From: Octopus sinensis
Taxonomy: Eukaryota
NCBI RefSeq assembly: GCF_006345805.1
Contig: NC_043005.1
Coordinates: 35,898,001 to 35,962,000, forward strand
Length of the DNA: 64,000 nt
Reading direction: 5' to 3'
How positions within the stretch are numbered: the first letter of the stretch is position 1; the number at the start of each line of letters is the position of its first letter. Below, one piece after another: positions 52,057 through 64,000 of the stretch. Below the pieces are notes generated by a model. It worked only from the letters and a program-made list of their open reading frames with translations, was not told the DNA's origin and searched no databases. Both the position numbers and the translations under genes were made by a program.

Positions 52057-53463
52057 ATTTTCACTATAAACGAGTACAAAACCTATAAAAATCGTTATTA
52101 TCTCGCACAATAAAATTTACAATCTCATTATCGAAGAGTACCGTTAAAATATTCTCTTTCGTTTGCTGATAGCCGTATCCATGTAAAAGTTTTGAAACAT
52201 AATTGATGATATCCGCTGTTTAAGGGTTTTGTTTTTCCTAAAATATGCATTGCCGAAATTGGGGTGCCTCTAATATGCCCATGCATCTTTTATGCCATCA
52301 ACTACGGAATTTGAAAAATTATGGTGGTATGATTTATGATAGAGCGTTGAATAAAAATAAAAAAGCTACCACTATACATAAGTGTAGACATGACACCTGA
52401 AAATTATAAAACTACTGGAAAATTGTAGATAAAAAGAAAAAAAGTTTAATAGTTCCCGTCGTCTATAATTTCGTTAGATATTAAATATTTTGCTATGAAA
52501 GATCAAATTTATAAAAATATCAATAACCTGAATATTTAATCATTGTACGCTCTTGAAACGGCATTAGATATGAAAATAACTATGCGTACGCACATACACA
52601 CACAAAGCTGTATCATTTATAATGTATACACAAACGTAGAACATCACTCTGAGAAACTTCAATCAGCACTACTGAAAAATGTTTAGAAATGTATATAACA
52701 TTATTTCGAATTAGCATATGTTATTATTCATACACAGATTATTCTATGTTGAGTATTTTCAATATATCGAACAAAACATAATTTTGTCCAAGTAAAATGT
52801 CGTAGATGATAGAGAAGAATCAAAAGATCAAATGAAGAAAATATTCTTTCCTTAGTGTCAATTGAAGTCAGGAGTGAACAATAATATTTTACAAAGATAT
52901 TCCTATATCTTTTGAAAACGTCTGACTTTTCAGTACAGAGAGGAATAATGAAAGATATATATTTTTTTCCCCGGTTGGGTTTCAATTTGCTAGTTATTTC
53001 TCTCAAGAGCATACTGAATGAATGAATGAGTGAATGAATGAATGAGTGAATGAATGAATAACTAAACAGTCTTTGTTGTATCTATGGAGGGTCATTATGC
53101 CAAAAAAAAACCAAACAAAAAAAAAACAACGTAAAAAAAGAAGTATTTCTTTTCCTCCACAGTTGTTAATAGATGCAATGAAGATTGCTTAAGTGCATGA
53201 CTAGGTGTATTAGTGAGGACGCCATGATGCTTCACTTCCTTTTTACTCGTGTTGTGAATGAAACCTTTGTCAAAAAGGCCACATTATGGTGATTTGAACT
53301 GAAGAAAAGAAAACAAAAACAAAACAAAACCTAGTATTTTTGGAAGTTAAAGTAACTAGAAAAAGCCTAAGACAGTAATTTCCAGCCTTTTCACAGTGGT
53401 TCCCAACCCTTTAAAAGGGTTTAAATGAATTTTCCCACGGACTCCCTTTAATATGCTTATCCT

Positions 53464-53511
<48 letters not shown>

Positions 53512-53776
53512 ATGTATGTATGTATTGTTCCTGCCGTAAGGTTTTACTTCCACACACGCCAGCTTAATTTCATTCGTCCTTAGTCGAAAGACACCAGTTG
53601 TTACGTCCTGTTATTTGTATTTGTGTGCCAATTCTCCGGTTTTCCCCGTCCTTGTTTTCGTGTACATTCGCTGCTTTCTTCCAAGGAATCTAGTGCTAGT
53701 TTTTTTCCTTGGGGCTGGCCAGAATTTTGATATATATGAATGAGAATACACACACACAAAAAGAGAGAGAAAGAGT

Positions 53777-53822
<46 letters not shown>

Positions 53823-54684
53823 ATGAAAGTAAGGTAAACGAATAAGGGAGTAAAATGTTTGGACGGTTTTCAAAAATTGCTACACAGTAGGGTTAAGGGA
53901 ATAAAGATTTTAAAAGCAATGAATTTACTGATGAATTATCTACCTACCTATCTATCTATAAATCTATTTATATACCTACCTACAGATTATCTATCTATCT
54001 ATCTGTCTGTCTGTCTGTCTGTCTGTCCGTCCGTCTGCATGTCTGTCTGCTCTCTTTTCCTGTGTGTACGCGCGCACACGCGTACGTAAGCATACAAACA
54101 GTTGTGAGGTTAAGAAGTTTCATTCCCAATCATATGGTTTCGGTTTCGAATCCCACTGCGCGACATTTTGAACAAGTGCCTTCAATTATAGTCCCCGGAC
54201 TAACCCAAACCTTGTGACTGACTGGATTTGGTAGACGGAATCTGAAAGAAGCCCATCGTATACACGTATTTGTATGTGGGGATGGTTGTATGAGTTAGTG
54301 TATCTGAGAGTTAGTTTGCATTTTTACGGTGACCCTGTTGTCATTTCTCTTGTCAACAGGACGCCTACTGGCTTTACGTGATCGAAGACGAGCGAAATAA
54401 CACACCTTACTTGAAAAACAAGTAAGTGTTAACGACAGGACAGGCACAAAAGGCTATAAAACATTAATACGAGCCAAGAAAACTGGACGTTAAATGAACA
54501 ATACACATGTATATGTTATACATGGGCACGCACGCACGCCCTCCCTCCACGCACGCACGCATACAAAAATGCTCGGGGTAAGCTCTTATGTGTTGAGAAT
54601 GCTGCTTGTTCTCCGTCTTCAAATGCAGGAGTCGATGGCTCATCAAGAAGTGAGGTAGCTCTGAAGGTATTTTGGCCCCTTTAA

Positions 54685-55098
54685 GGCGGCGAGCTGGCAG
54701 AAACGTTAGCACGTCGGGCGAAATGCTTAGCGGTATTTCGGCTGCCGTTACGTTCTGAGTTCAAATTCCGCCGAGGTCGACTTTGCCTTTCATCCTTTTG
54801 GGGTCGATAAATTAAGTACCAGTTACGCACTGGGGCCGATGTAATCGACTTAATCCCTTTGTCTGTCCTTGTTTGTCCTCTCTGTGTTTAGCCCCTTGTG
54901 GGTAGTAAAGAAATAGGTATTTCGGCTGCCGTTACGTTGTGAGTTCAAATTCCGCTGAGATCAACTTTGCCTTTCATCCTTTCGGGGTTGATTAAATAAG
55001 TACCAGTTACGCACTGGGGTCGATGTAATCGACTTAATACCTATGTCTGTCCTTGTTTGTCCCCTCTATGTTTAACCGCTTGTGGATAATAAAGAAAT
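54685..55098 (+). mobile_element. Family B SINE tandem dimer (full copy plus 5'-truncated copy)
   Basis: Second unit starts ~54916; flanking aggtattttggcc at 54665 and 55099. Confidence 0.85.
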
Positions 55099-55550
55099 AG
55101 GTATTTTGGCCTCTTCTATTGTGACACCAAAGCTACCGGAGACCAGCTACCGATGTAGGTACCGAGACGCCAGCACAACAGCACTAAATAGGTCGAGTCA
55201 GATGTTTATGACTCTGAGTCAGATATTTCTATCATCCTCAACGCTTGAATACTCGATCTGGCGGAGCAGAAATTCCCCACTGTACTTCAAGCACTGTTTT
55301 TCTTCCTTTCAGTAGCGCTCACTTTCTCTGCAGTTTCTGACGATTTCTTCGAAAAGTGCTTTCATATCTTTGTTGCTCTTGGCACTCCACTAATTCTGAA
55401 GGTTTATGTCAATTGGATGGATCAATTCGGATAAACCAGTCGTAGTTTGGTAGCTAATTTGATTAATAAAGTGCTGGTGGATTAACAGTGGTTTGTTGCA
55501 GTGCTACATTGTACTTCAGAATATATTCATAGATTTCAGCCAGAACTGTC

Positions 55551-55664
<114 letters not shown>

Positions 55665-56518
55665 TAACAGTCTTTCATTTCATTAATTTATGAATCAAAA
55701 TAGCTATATATAACAATTTGTTACATATGCTATACGGTTTATTCTGTTTACTTCAGTCTTTATCGATAAATTGGGCAGTTGAGATTTCGTCGAGAAAGGA
55801 CTCCCTATTTGTCGACGAAATCATAAAGCAATATTAAAAGCTGATGCCTCAATAAAGAGTGTATATGCAGACAAGGTGTTTACACGTCTATACACATTGT
55901 TGGCTAAAAAACATCTATGCAAAGATTCTGTTGTACAGTTAAACTTTTTAAATTTTTTAAAATTTATTTAAGACGACAGGTGCCATCTGAGGACGATGTG
56001 GCTACTGTTTCAAGCGGGTCGAGCGACCATGTACAGTCTGAAATGGCTGGGTAATCTAGCTAACATTTTGAACATCTTGTTGATAACACAACTCAGTAAC
56101 TATTAGTTTCTTGTTTTTTTTTTTGTGTATATCTATCAGGACTGTAATGCATCAACGATTATATAGGTTGCCATGCTTTCGAGAAACTATATCTGATGTA
56201 AGTTAGCAGGAGCTGGTAAGAGGTAAGTGGTGTGGGCGGTGGCAGTGATAGTAGTAGTAGTAGTAGCAGCAGCAGCAGCAGCAGCGGCCCTTAGTGAGTA
56301 TTTATAGCTTAAAGTTACTGTTCACTACACTAAACCGTTTTACTATAATGGATCTTTTGGGTTAAACGCACAGGGGCCGACTTTAGGCGGAAGCATGACT
56401 GTGCTAAGAAGCTCGCTTTACAACAACGTGGTTCCAGGTTCAGCCTTGGCCCGACCAAGGACTTGTGAATGAATTTCATAACCGGAGGCCATAAAAAAGC
56501 CTGTCGTCCGTCCCTCAG

Positions 56519-56559
<41 letters not shown>

Positions 56560-56887
56560 TTGACTGTCAATCTGTCTGTTTATGGTTGTTTGTATGCATG
56601 TATACATATGTGCGTGTGTGTCTTTGCATTCGTCTCCTGACGCCGCTTGACAACAGGCGTTGGTTTGTTTACGTCCTCATAACTTAGCAGCTGATTTGTT
56701 TGGCCGCGGTCCAATGACTAAAATACGTAAAAGGCAAAAGATATGATGTAGGTTTTCATGCCAATTACCACAAATTACAAACACTTTTTTCGAGAAATTA
56801 ATATTACAAACTCCCGCTCCCTCTAAAGAAACTTTTTTATTTTTAAAGTTTTTTAAACTGTTTTATTATTATGTTGAATCTAGGGAA

Positions 56888-57060
56888 GGCGGCGAGCTGG
56901 CAGAATCGTTACCGCGCCGGGCAAAATGCTTTACGGCATTTCGTCCGTCTTTACGTTCTGAGTTCAAAACCCGTGAGATCGACTTTGCCTTTTATCCTTT
57001 CAGGATAAATTAAGTGCCATTTGAACACTGGGGTGGATGTGATCGACTTATCCCCTCCCC
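56888..57060 (+). mobile_element. Family B SINE
   Basis: ggcggcgagctggcagaatcgtta head and central domain. Confidence 0.8.
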
Positions 57061-57993
57061 AAAAAACTGCCAGAAAAAATGCAGGAAACCAAACAATGAA
57101 CAAAGGGTTAAAGATAATTGTGTTTTTCGTAAATGTCATGGAAACTACATCTCTTGTTTCAGTCATGGACTATGGTCACGCTAGAGTACTAACTTGTAGG
57201 GTGAGTCGAACAAATCGACCAAAGTACATACACATATTAAGTCTGATATTTATAATTATTATTTTTTTTTTTGCCGAACCGGTAGGTTATGTTAAGCAAT
57301 TAGGAGTAGGGGAAGGCAGAAACGCGGCCACAAAAACACTTGCTCAAGATGCCACTCAGTGTTATCAAGCCTAAACCCAGTCAATGGTTGCAAACTGAAC
57401 TTCTTAATCACACAACCACGCATGCACCTGTTATGGAAATCATATTTTATATTAACACTGCAACGCATTGCACTTATAAAACCTGAGAACGTTCACCCAA
57501 CAGAGCTGTTAAGAAATTAACCTGTTTCTGCTATCCTACAGAAAATATTACATATTTATACGGACCAGCAGAGTAGAAAATTGATAATTTCAACAAATTA
57601 GATTCTCATTATTTCTACAATATTAAAGTGCTTTGTTCTAACGACATAAAAGTCAGCAGTTTACTGCTTATCGGATTTTCCTATTTTTCAGTTGTATTAG
57701 TTGAATTTTTTAGTGTGTGTGTGTGTGTGTTTGTGTGTGTGTATAAGTGTCTATATTACACACACAGATGCTTGTGAGTGTATTATATTTATATATATAT
57801 ATATATATGTGTGTGTGTATGTACGCATGCATGTGTATGTATATACATACGTACGCGCGCGTGTGTGTGTAAACAAATAACGACAGATAGAATGTGGTAC
57901 TTTCACTACAACTGTTTCAGACGTGTTTTTCTTTTATTGCTGAATAGAATTATCCCATTATGCCATAAAACCGTTTTCATCGGGTGAATATGG

Positions 57994-58059
<66 letters not shown>

Positions 58060-58996
58060 AATGAACATTTCAAAACACCTCAAAATTCCCAAGTAAGTGA
58101 CTCCCTAACGAAAATCGGTCAGAGAGTCTTGCTTTATATGTGTATGTGTGTGTGCAAATGACTCCGAGGAAGCTAGAAGTTGTCACGAATACTCAACTCC
58201 AAGTACAATGGTTCTTGTGGCAGAAACAGCAGTTAACTAATGAAAGTAATTACGTAGCTATTGTTCTTTTGTCATTATTTATTGATATTATGCTCTGTAC
58301 TCATCTGACGCTTTACTCTGAAGAAGGTTTCGGCAGTTTGGGCAGTCTTTTTTCAAAGAGACATGGTTCATCGTCAGGTGAGCTGCACTACTAAAAAAAA
58401 TTGAAGGTAACGCAGCTGTTGTTTGTCCATGACAGCTTATGTGTATTGCATTCTCACAACTGGTTATTAGCATCACCATACCTAAGCAAAATCAATACAC
58501 GCGTACACATGTAATGATGCAACAATATATGCAACAATAAGCTTTGATGAAAGAGAGATTAAACAGAAAGATGTTCTATTATATGCAGTATTATATCATG
58601 CAGAGGATTCATTGCTTATATCTGGTTGCAAGCACTATGATCTGCTCAGTTGCAAAATCTTGAATTCTCAAAAGGTTTCTGTCACTGGAAGTAGTCGCAA
58701 TTGGAATGACTTTGATCATAGATAGGTCTGTTAAACAGAGAACATCGATTTACTTAGCAGAAGATGTAGGCAACAATTTTATATAACAACGAAGCTGTTG
58801 AAATAGATATTCACGAATTTGTGAAAGACGAAAACACTGTCATAGCACAAATTTTGACATTTAGTAGATTTTTCAGTATCGAAGTAAAGGACTAGAAGTA
58901 TTTCTCTAAACGATGGAACCTCCACGCGGTCGCTCGACATGCTAGAAGCGGTAGCCAAGTCTCCCTCATATTGCATCCTACTGTTTTAATTAATAA

Positions 58997-59377
58997 CTAG
59001 CAGTATCGCCCGGTGTTGCTCAGGTTTGTAAGGGAAATAACTATAAAGCATTTTTAGAGAGTTATAGCCAAAAAATAGCAAAAAAATGGAAAAAAATGGT
59101 GGTAAATTTTTTTTTAGTTAAAAAAGGTGGAGTTGCGTCCCCTAGAAATTTTGCGGTTTGTGTTTCTGATTCTCGACCCCATGTCGAATTTATCGATTTT
59201 TTTCAACTCTGGGGGGACTTTTCAAAATTTTCGCTGCGTTAGTTTTGAATTATGACATTGGGCTATGTGTGTGTCAAGTTTCATCAGAATCGGTTGAAAG
59301 CCGTGGTCAGGGTGAGGGTACAAGCAAACAGACACACAGAAAACGCACAGACAAACTGCCGTTTATATATAGAGAGA
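58997..59377 (-). mobile_element. Non-autonomous Helitron
   Basis: Minus strand A|TC...GC-rich subterminal cctgagcaacaccgggcg...CTAG|T, no TSD. Confidence 0.75.
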
Positions 59378-59384
59378 TAATTTC

Positions 59385-59594
59385 AAACTTTTGATATAAG
59401 GTCAGCAATTTCAGGGGAGAGAGTAAGTCAATTACATCCACCCCTTGTGCTCATCTGGTACTTATTTTATCAATCCCGAAAGGATGAAAGGTGAAGTAGA
59501 CCTCGGCGGAATTTGAACTCAGAACGTAAAGACGGACAAAATGTCGCTTCGCATTTCGCCTAGCATGCTAACGATTCTGCCAGCTCGCCGCCTT
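59385..59594 (-). mobile_element. Family B SINE
   Basis: Ends ctgccagctcgccgcc, the reverse complement of the head. Confidence 0.8.
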
Positions 59595-59675
59595 ATTCTG
59601 TCTTATTTAATAATAAAAAGTAATCGATTTATTAAACGCATTTAATCATAGAACTATTACTTGTGTAGAAATGAC

Positions 59676-60085
59676 ACTCGTGTATAAGTCGCACTCATTA
59701 TTTCGTGTTAAAACTTAAAACAAGAGTTTTACCCTTCATAATTCATATGAGCTTTACCTCATATACAGAGTGGCCCAAAAGTAGGTTATTCAACTCTCTC
59801 TTTCGCATTCATATATTAACAGTTTAAATCTTAATTATAAAAATTATGAAACCAGTATTCTATGCTAATTTAGTTAATTTTGTCAAGCTCCTTTATTAGT
59901 TTGTAAGATAGAAATCTAAATGTAATAAAATATTTTTTAAAAGAAATTTAAAGTGCCTACGTGATAACTGTAAACCTACTTTTGGGTCACCCTGTATAAG
60001 TCGGCTCACCCTGTATAAGTCGCTAAGGTTTTTTCAGATAAAATCAGGAATAAAAGTGTGACTTATACGAGAGTTAATAGGGTAT
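59676..60085. mobile_element. pogo/Tigger-like MITE, host of a nested insertion
   Basis: actcgtgtataagtcgcac / gtgtgacttatacgagagttaatagggta. Confidence 0.65.
59766..59994. mobile_element. Tc1/mariner MITE with TA TSD
   Basis: TA|cagagtggcccaaaagtaggtt...aacctacttttgggtcaccctg|TA. Confidence 0.9.
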
Positions 60086-60140
60086 TCGACCAAAGATAGC
60101 CTGGAGCCAAACAAGAACTTAAATTAAGCAACGGTATTTA

Positions 60141-60372
60141 GGCGGCGAGCTGGCAGAAACGTTAGCACGCCGGGCGAAATGCGTAGCCGTATTTCGTCTG
60201 TCGTTAACGTTCTGAGTTCAAATTCCGCCGAGGTCGACTTTGCCTTTCATCCTTTCGGGGTCGATAAATTAAGTACCAGTTACGTACTGGGGTCGATGTA
60301 ATCGACCTAATACCTATGTCTGTCCTTGTTTGTCCCCTCTGTCTTTAGCCCCTTGTGGGTAATAAAGAAATA
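60141..60372 (+). mobile_element. Family B SINE, young, TSD ggtattta
   Basis: TSD at 60133-60140 and 60373-60380; CpGs intact. Confidence 0.9.
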
Positions 60373-60948
60373 GGTATTTAGTTTTTTTCTCTCCCTACGT
60401 CCTAGTTTCAAATCCAACCAGGGGGTCTGTTTTTGGCTTTTATACCTTGAAATCGTTGAAATAAGTACCATACAATGGGATCGATCTGATCGAATATATC
60501 CCCTTCCCTAAAATTTTGTGGTTATGATGTGACAATCAGTCATTCAGTTTGTAAGTGTTTACATATATAAGTAACAGCCCTGCATCTATGAATGATAATT
60601 GAAGTAGTAAATGCAAATCGTGTGTTTAAGGGAGGGTGTTTGATAAAAAGACAATATCTTTCCAACGAAATCAGCAGACGACAACAAACACAACCCACTT
60701 ACTTGATATCAATCAATTCTCCGCTATTCACATGACACCCACTTTCGATTTCAATTAATTAATTACTTTCTGTTTACAGCCAAATGATATACTAGAATCT
60801 CTGATAGCCACACGATACCGTTTTTCAAAGGTATAAAACTCCATACTCAATATCGCATAGCATCACATTATAACAGCTTTTTCGCCTATCAATAGAATAC
60901 ATATGTGGTTTCTCCCACGTCTATTCTCATCATCATCATTATCATCAC

Positions 60949-61005
<57 letters not shown>

Positions 61006-61009
61006 TATT

Positions 61010-61041
<32 letters not shown>

Positions 61042-63167
61042 TAGTATTTATTCTTCTATTTAATATTGATTGAAAACATTAAATTTTAGTTTTGCTTGTT
61101 ATTCTATATTGCTGTCAATTGTATATGTAAACAGGGATACAAAGAAAAAAGGATGGAAAGAAGGACAGAAACAATGTGTGTGTGTGTGAATGAGTGGGTG
61201 AGTGAGTGAGTGAGTGAGAGAGAGAGAGAGAGAGAGAGAAAATAATCTATTCAGTTTGTCTTTGCTGATTACATTAAATGTACTATGTTTAATCAAGGGA
61301 GTCACTAATGATTATAGTTCATAATTCTTCTGCAAATGCTATTAGTTAGATACAAACACACACACAAAAATGACAGCCATGTTTGCCACTGTCACATCAC
61401 AATATGTCCCGCTTGCTGTATCAAATGGCCTACACTCAGAAATGTGTGTTTTTGTCTTCCTGTTGGTGTCTCTACATCATCTACAATTAAGTAAGACTCA
61501 TTCTATTGCGGAGTTCCATTCACATTTGTCGCTTAGGATTAAAGCTGGTCGTTGTTAAGGAACCTCTCACGAGGACGCTGACGTGGACAATAGCATCGTT
61601 CCTCTTGGTTGAAATGCATTACAATACTAGAAAAGGGAAACCATTACCATAGTGTTATAACAATAACAATGATAATGTGTACAGATTATGTCCTTTATTG
61701 CAATCCCTTCTCCATTATCTAGATACATCGACATAGCTACTTTTACGACTGTGATGACGGCCTACAAAATCAATATTATTAGGACCTTTTTCATTAGCAT
61801 GAAGGCGTCCATTCCCAACACAATAACGAACATGGCCACCTACAAAGACAACACGTCACCACACGCTTCAAAATGATTAGGAAATTGCAATCGATCTTAC
61901 CACCTCTCCTCCGCAAACACTAAATAGTTTTAAAGCTGATCGGAGGATCATCTATTGAGAGATTTTGTCTGAATTTCCGAGACAGTGAATTACTATTGTT
62001 ATACGCTGATATATTCGGACTTGTGCCCTCATCTTGGTTGTTACAGTCACGACAATTCGGTTGTTGTACTTTCTGGCCGTCTTCAGGAGTCAGTCGAATT
62101 TAATAATTGTAGAAGATCAACAACCGCAGGTAAGACACGAGCAGAGTAAAGATTCCAAGAGAAAAGTATTATGGGGCAGAAGGACAGGTTAGAATGATTA
62201 GTAGGGAACAGGATACGCAATAAAGGTGAAGAGATGACTAGGTAAGGATGCCTGAATGCAGGGGTACGAGAATAGCTAAGTTCCAAGGAGCAAAGACCGA
62301 TAAATAATTGTTTAAGCTACATCTGAGATTAGGCAGAGCTGTATGTTTCACAAGTTCACTTCACAATAACTAAGTCCCATCGCGTGGCACCTTGGGCAAG
62401 TAAATTCTACCACAGTTTTGAATCCACTACAGCCTTGTGACAACATTTTGGTAGACAGAAACACTGTCAAAACCTGTCGGATTGACCGTTCCTGCAGTCG
62501 GGTGGTAGACACAACCAATTGTCCAGGTGAAACCCAACATACAGTCTTCAGATATTTACATAACGAAGTATCTAAATAAAGGACATCCGTGGCGAAAATT
62601 CCGATAGAAGAAAAGATGTCATTGTTAAGTCGTTTATATTTTAAGTTTTTCATGGTCTTAGTGGTATCTTTAGTGGCATCTACTATATAACAAGCATTCA
62701 GGCCATGTCTCCGGACCGATTATAACTTCCATTCCATTTCTTCTCACCGATTTTAGATGCTTTAAAACAAATCTCGAATGCTGTTCTTTCTTGTTTGACG
62801 AGACGATAAATGTACGTTAATAGAATATAACGGAGATCTAGCCTGTTAAAAACAATAAAAAGTAAATCGATCAACTAGAGTTTATTTTATGTTTAAATTA
62901 TAGTTTTGCAATAAAACTGTGATTTAAACATAAAAGTTTTACTTTCAATGTTGTGTTCCTGACATTTTAAGTTGTCAGACTAAATCCAAACTCTCATCAG
63001 CTCATAAACCTTCATACAAGATAAATATAATTATAAGTAAGATAAATATAATTATCAATACAGCTAAATATAAAACTACGACCTTCTCCACAGAACGGTG
63101 GGGTTATTATGGAAACCTTTTACATTACCATATATGTAAAGACTACGTACATAAATACATATTTATA

Positions 63168-63241
<74 letters not shown>

Positions 63242-63271
63242 GGTACGTACGTATGCACACACACACACACG

Positions 63272-63317
<46 letters not shown>

Positions 63318-63322
<5 letters not shown>

Positions 63323-63604
63323 TTAGAGACAAAACCACTATTATGCAAATCAAAGAAAGAAAGACTCAATCCAATACATAAAAAAATTTATATAAATTAA
63401 ATAAAATTAATTTTATTTAATTTATATAAAAATTTTTATGTATTGGATTAAGTCTTTCTTTGTTTGATTTGCATAATAGTGGTTTTGTCTCTAATTAATA
63501 TTAATATTAATATTAATATTATATTATATTTTACTATAAAATTGGATTCAATCCTAAATCTGATTTTTCCCTGTAAATTTGGATTTATTCCCTAATATTA
63601 TTAT

Positions 63605-63610
<6 letters not shown>
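63318..63610. mobile_element. ~180-bp near-perfect palindrome plus tail, between (TA)n tracts
   Basis: attaattagagacaaaaccactattatgcaaatcaaa...tttgatttgcataatagtggttttgtctctaattaat (63318-63499), essentially no spacer. Confidence 0.75.
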
Positions 63611-63648
<38 letters not shown>

Positions 63649-63664
63649 TATATATATGCACACA

Positions 63665-64000
63665 CAGTACCGTGCAAAAGTCTTCTGTCACTTTAAACTA
63701 TTGTAAATTTCTACTAATTGCCAACTTATAAGTGGATGTTTCGCATTGCATTTTTTACAGATGAAACATTGGTTCTGTTAGAGTCATTTCCATACCTAAT
63801 CTTTATATTTTGAAGTAGGGGTTCTGAAAAAGTGTGGAAAATGTGAGACGACCACCAAAAATGGCTGTGCAAAAGTTTTTGGTCACCTCACATAAACCAA
63901 TCAAGATACAGTGTTTAAAAACAGAAAAAAGAAAGAAAGAAAGAGGATGTGAAAAATACAGATACACTAATTCACACTGTCATTCTTTTGTACATACTTA
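63665..64000 (+). mobile_element. Probable left end of a Tc1-like IR/DR transposon
   Basis: cagtaccgtgcaaaagtcttctgtcac with inner direct repeat ctgtgcaaaagtttttggtcac about 200 bp inside. Confidence 0.5.

Noticed and set aside
54590-55400. Exon-like unique sequence around the SINE dimer
   Set aside because: Stops in all minus-strand frames after removing the SINE; no recognisable protein.

Overview
Eukaryotic, AT-rich, repeat-dominated DNA whose SINE, microsatellite and transposon content strongly resembles an Octopus (coleoid cephalopod) genome; this is recognition from memory, not a database result. Nearly all ORFs in the track are microsatellite or repeat artefacts. The only host-gene candidate is a minus-strand first coding exon at 44814-44918 (hydrophobic N-terminus, GT donor). 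Left of it, ~44 kb of CpG-depleted sequence looks like a methylated intron; right of it CpG is retained, and a CpG-island promoter (YY1/ETS/NRF1-like motifs) lies near 50.7-51.1 kb. Mobile DNA includes three tRNA-SINE groups, an RTE-derived short retroposon, fossil LINEs (RTE, Tx1/L1, CR1/L2/Jockey-type), DD37D maT remnants, 8-bp-TSD MITEs, Helitron-like elements and a ~1.56 kb tandem duplication. The most striking signal is a set of about 9 short elements, most inserted in (TA)n/(CA)n microsatellites, that carry hammerhead-ribozyme cores (some with a CCGANGA variant) and/or fold back as long inverted repeats. These look like a non-autonomous Penelope-like/retrozyme system. Repeat boundaries were read by eye and are approximate unless a TSD is quoted.
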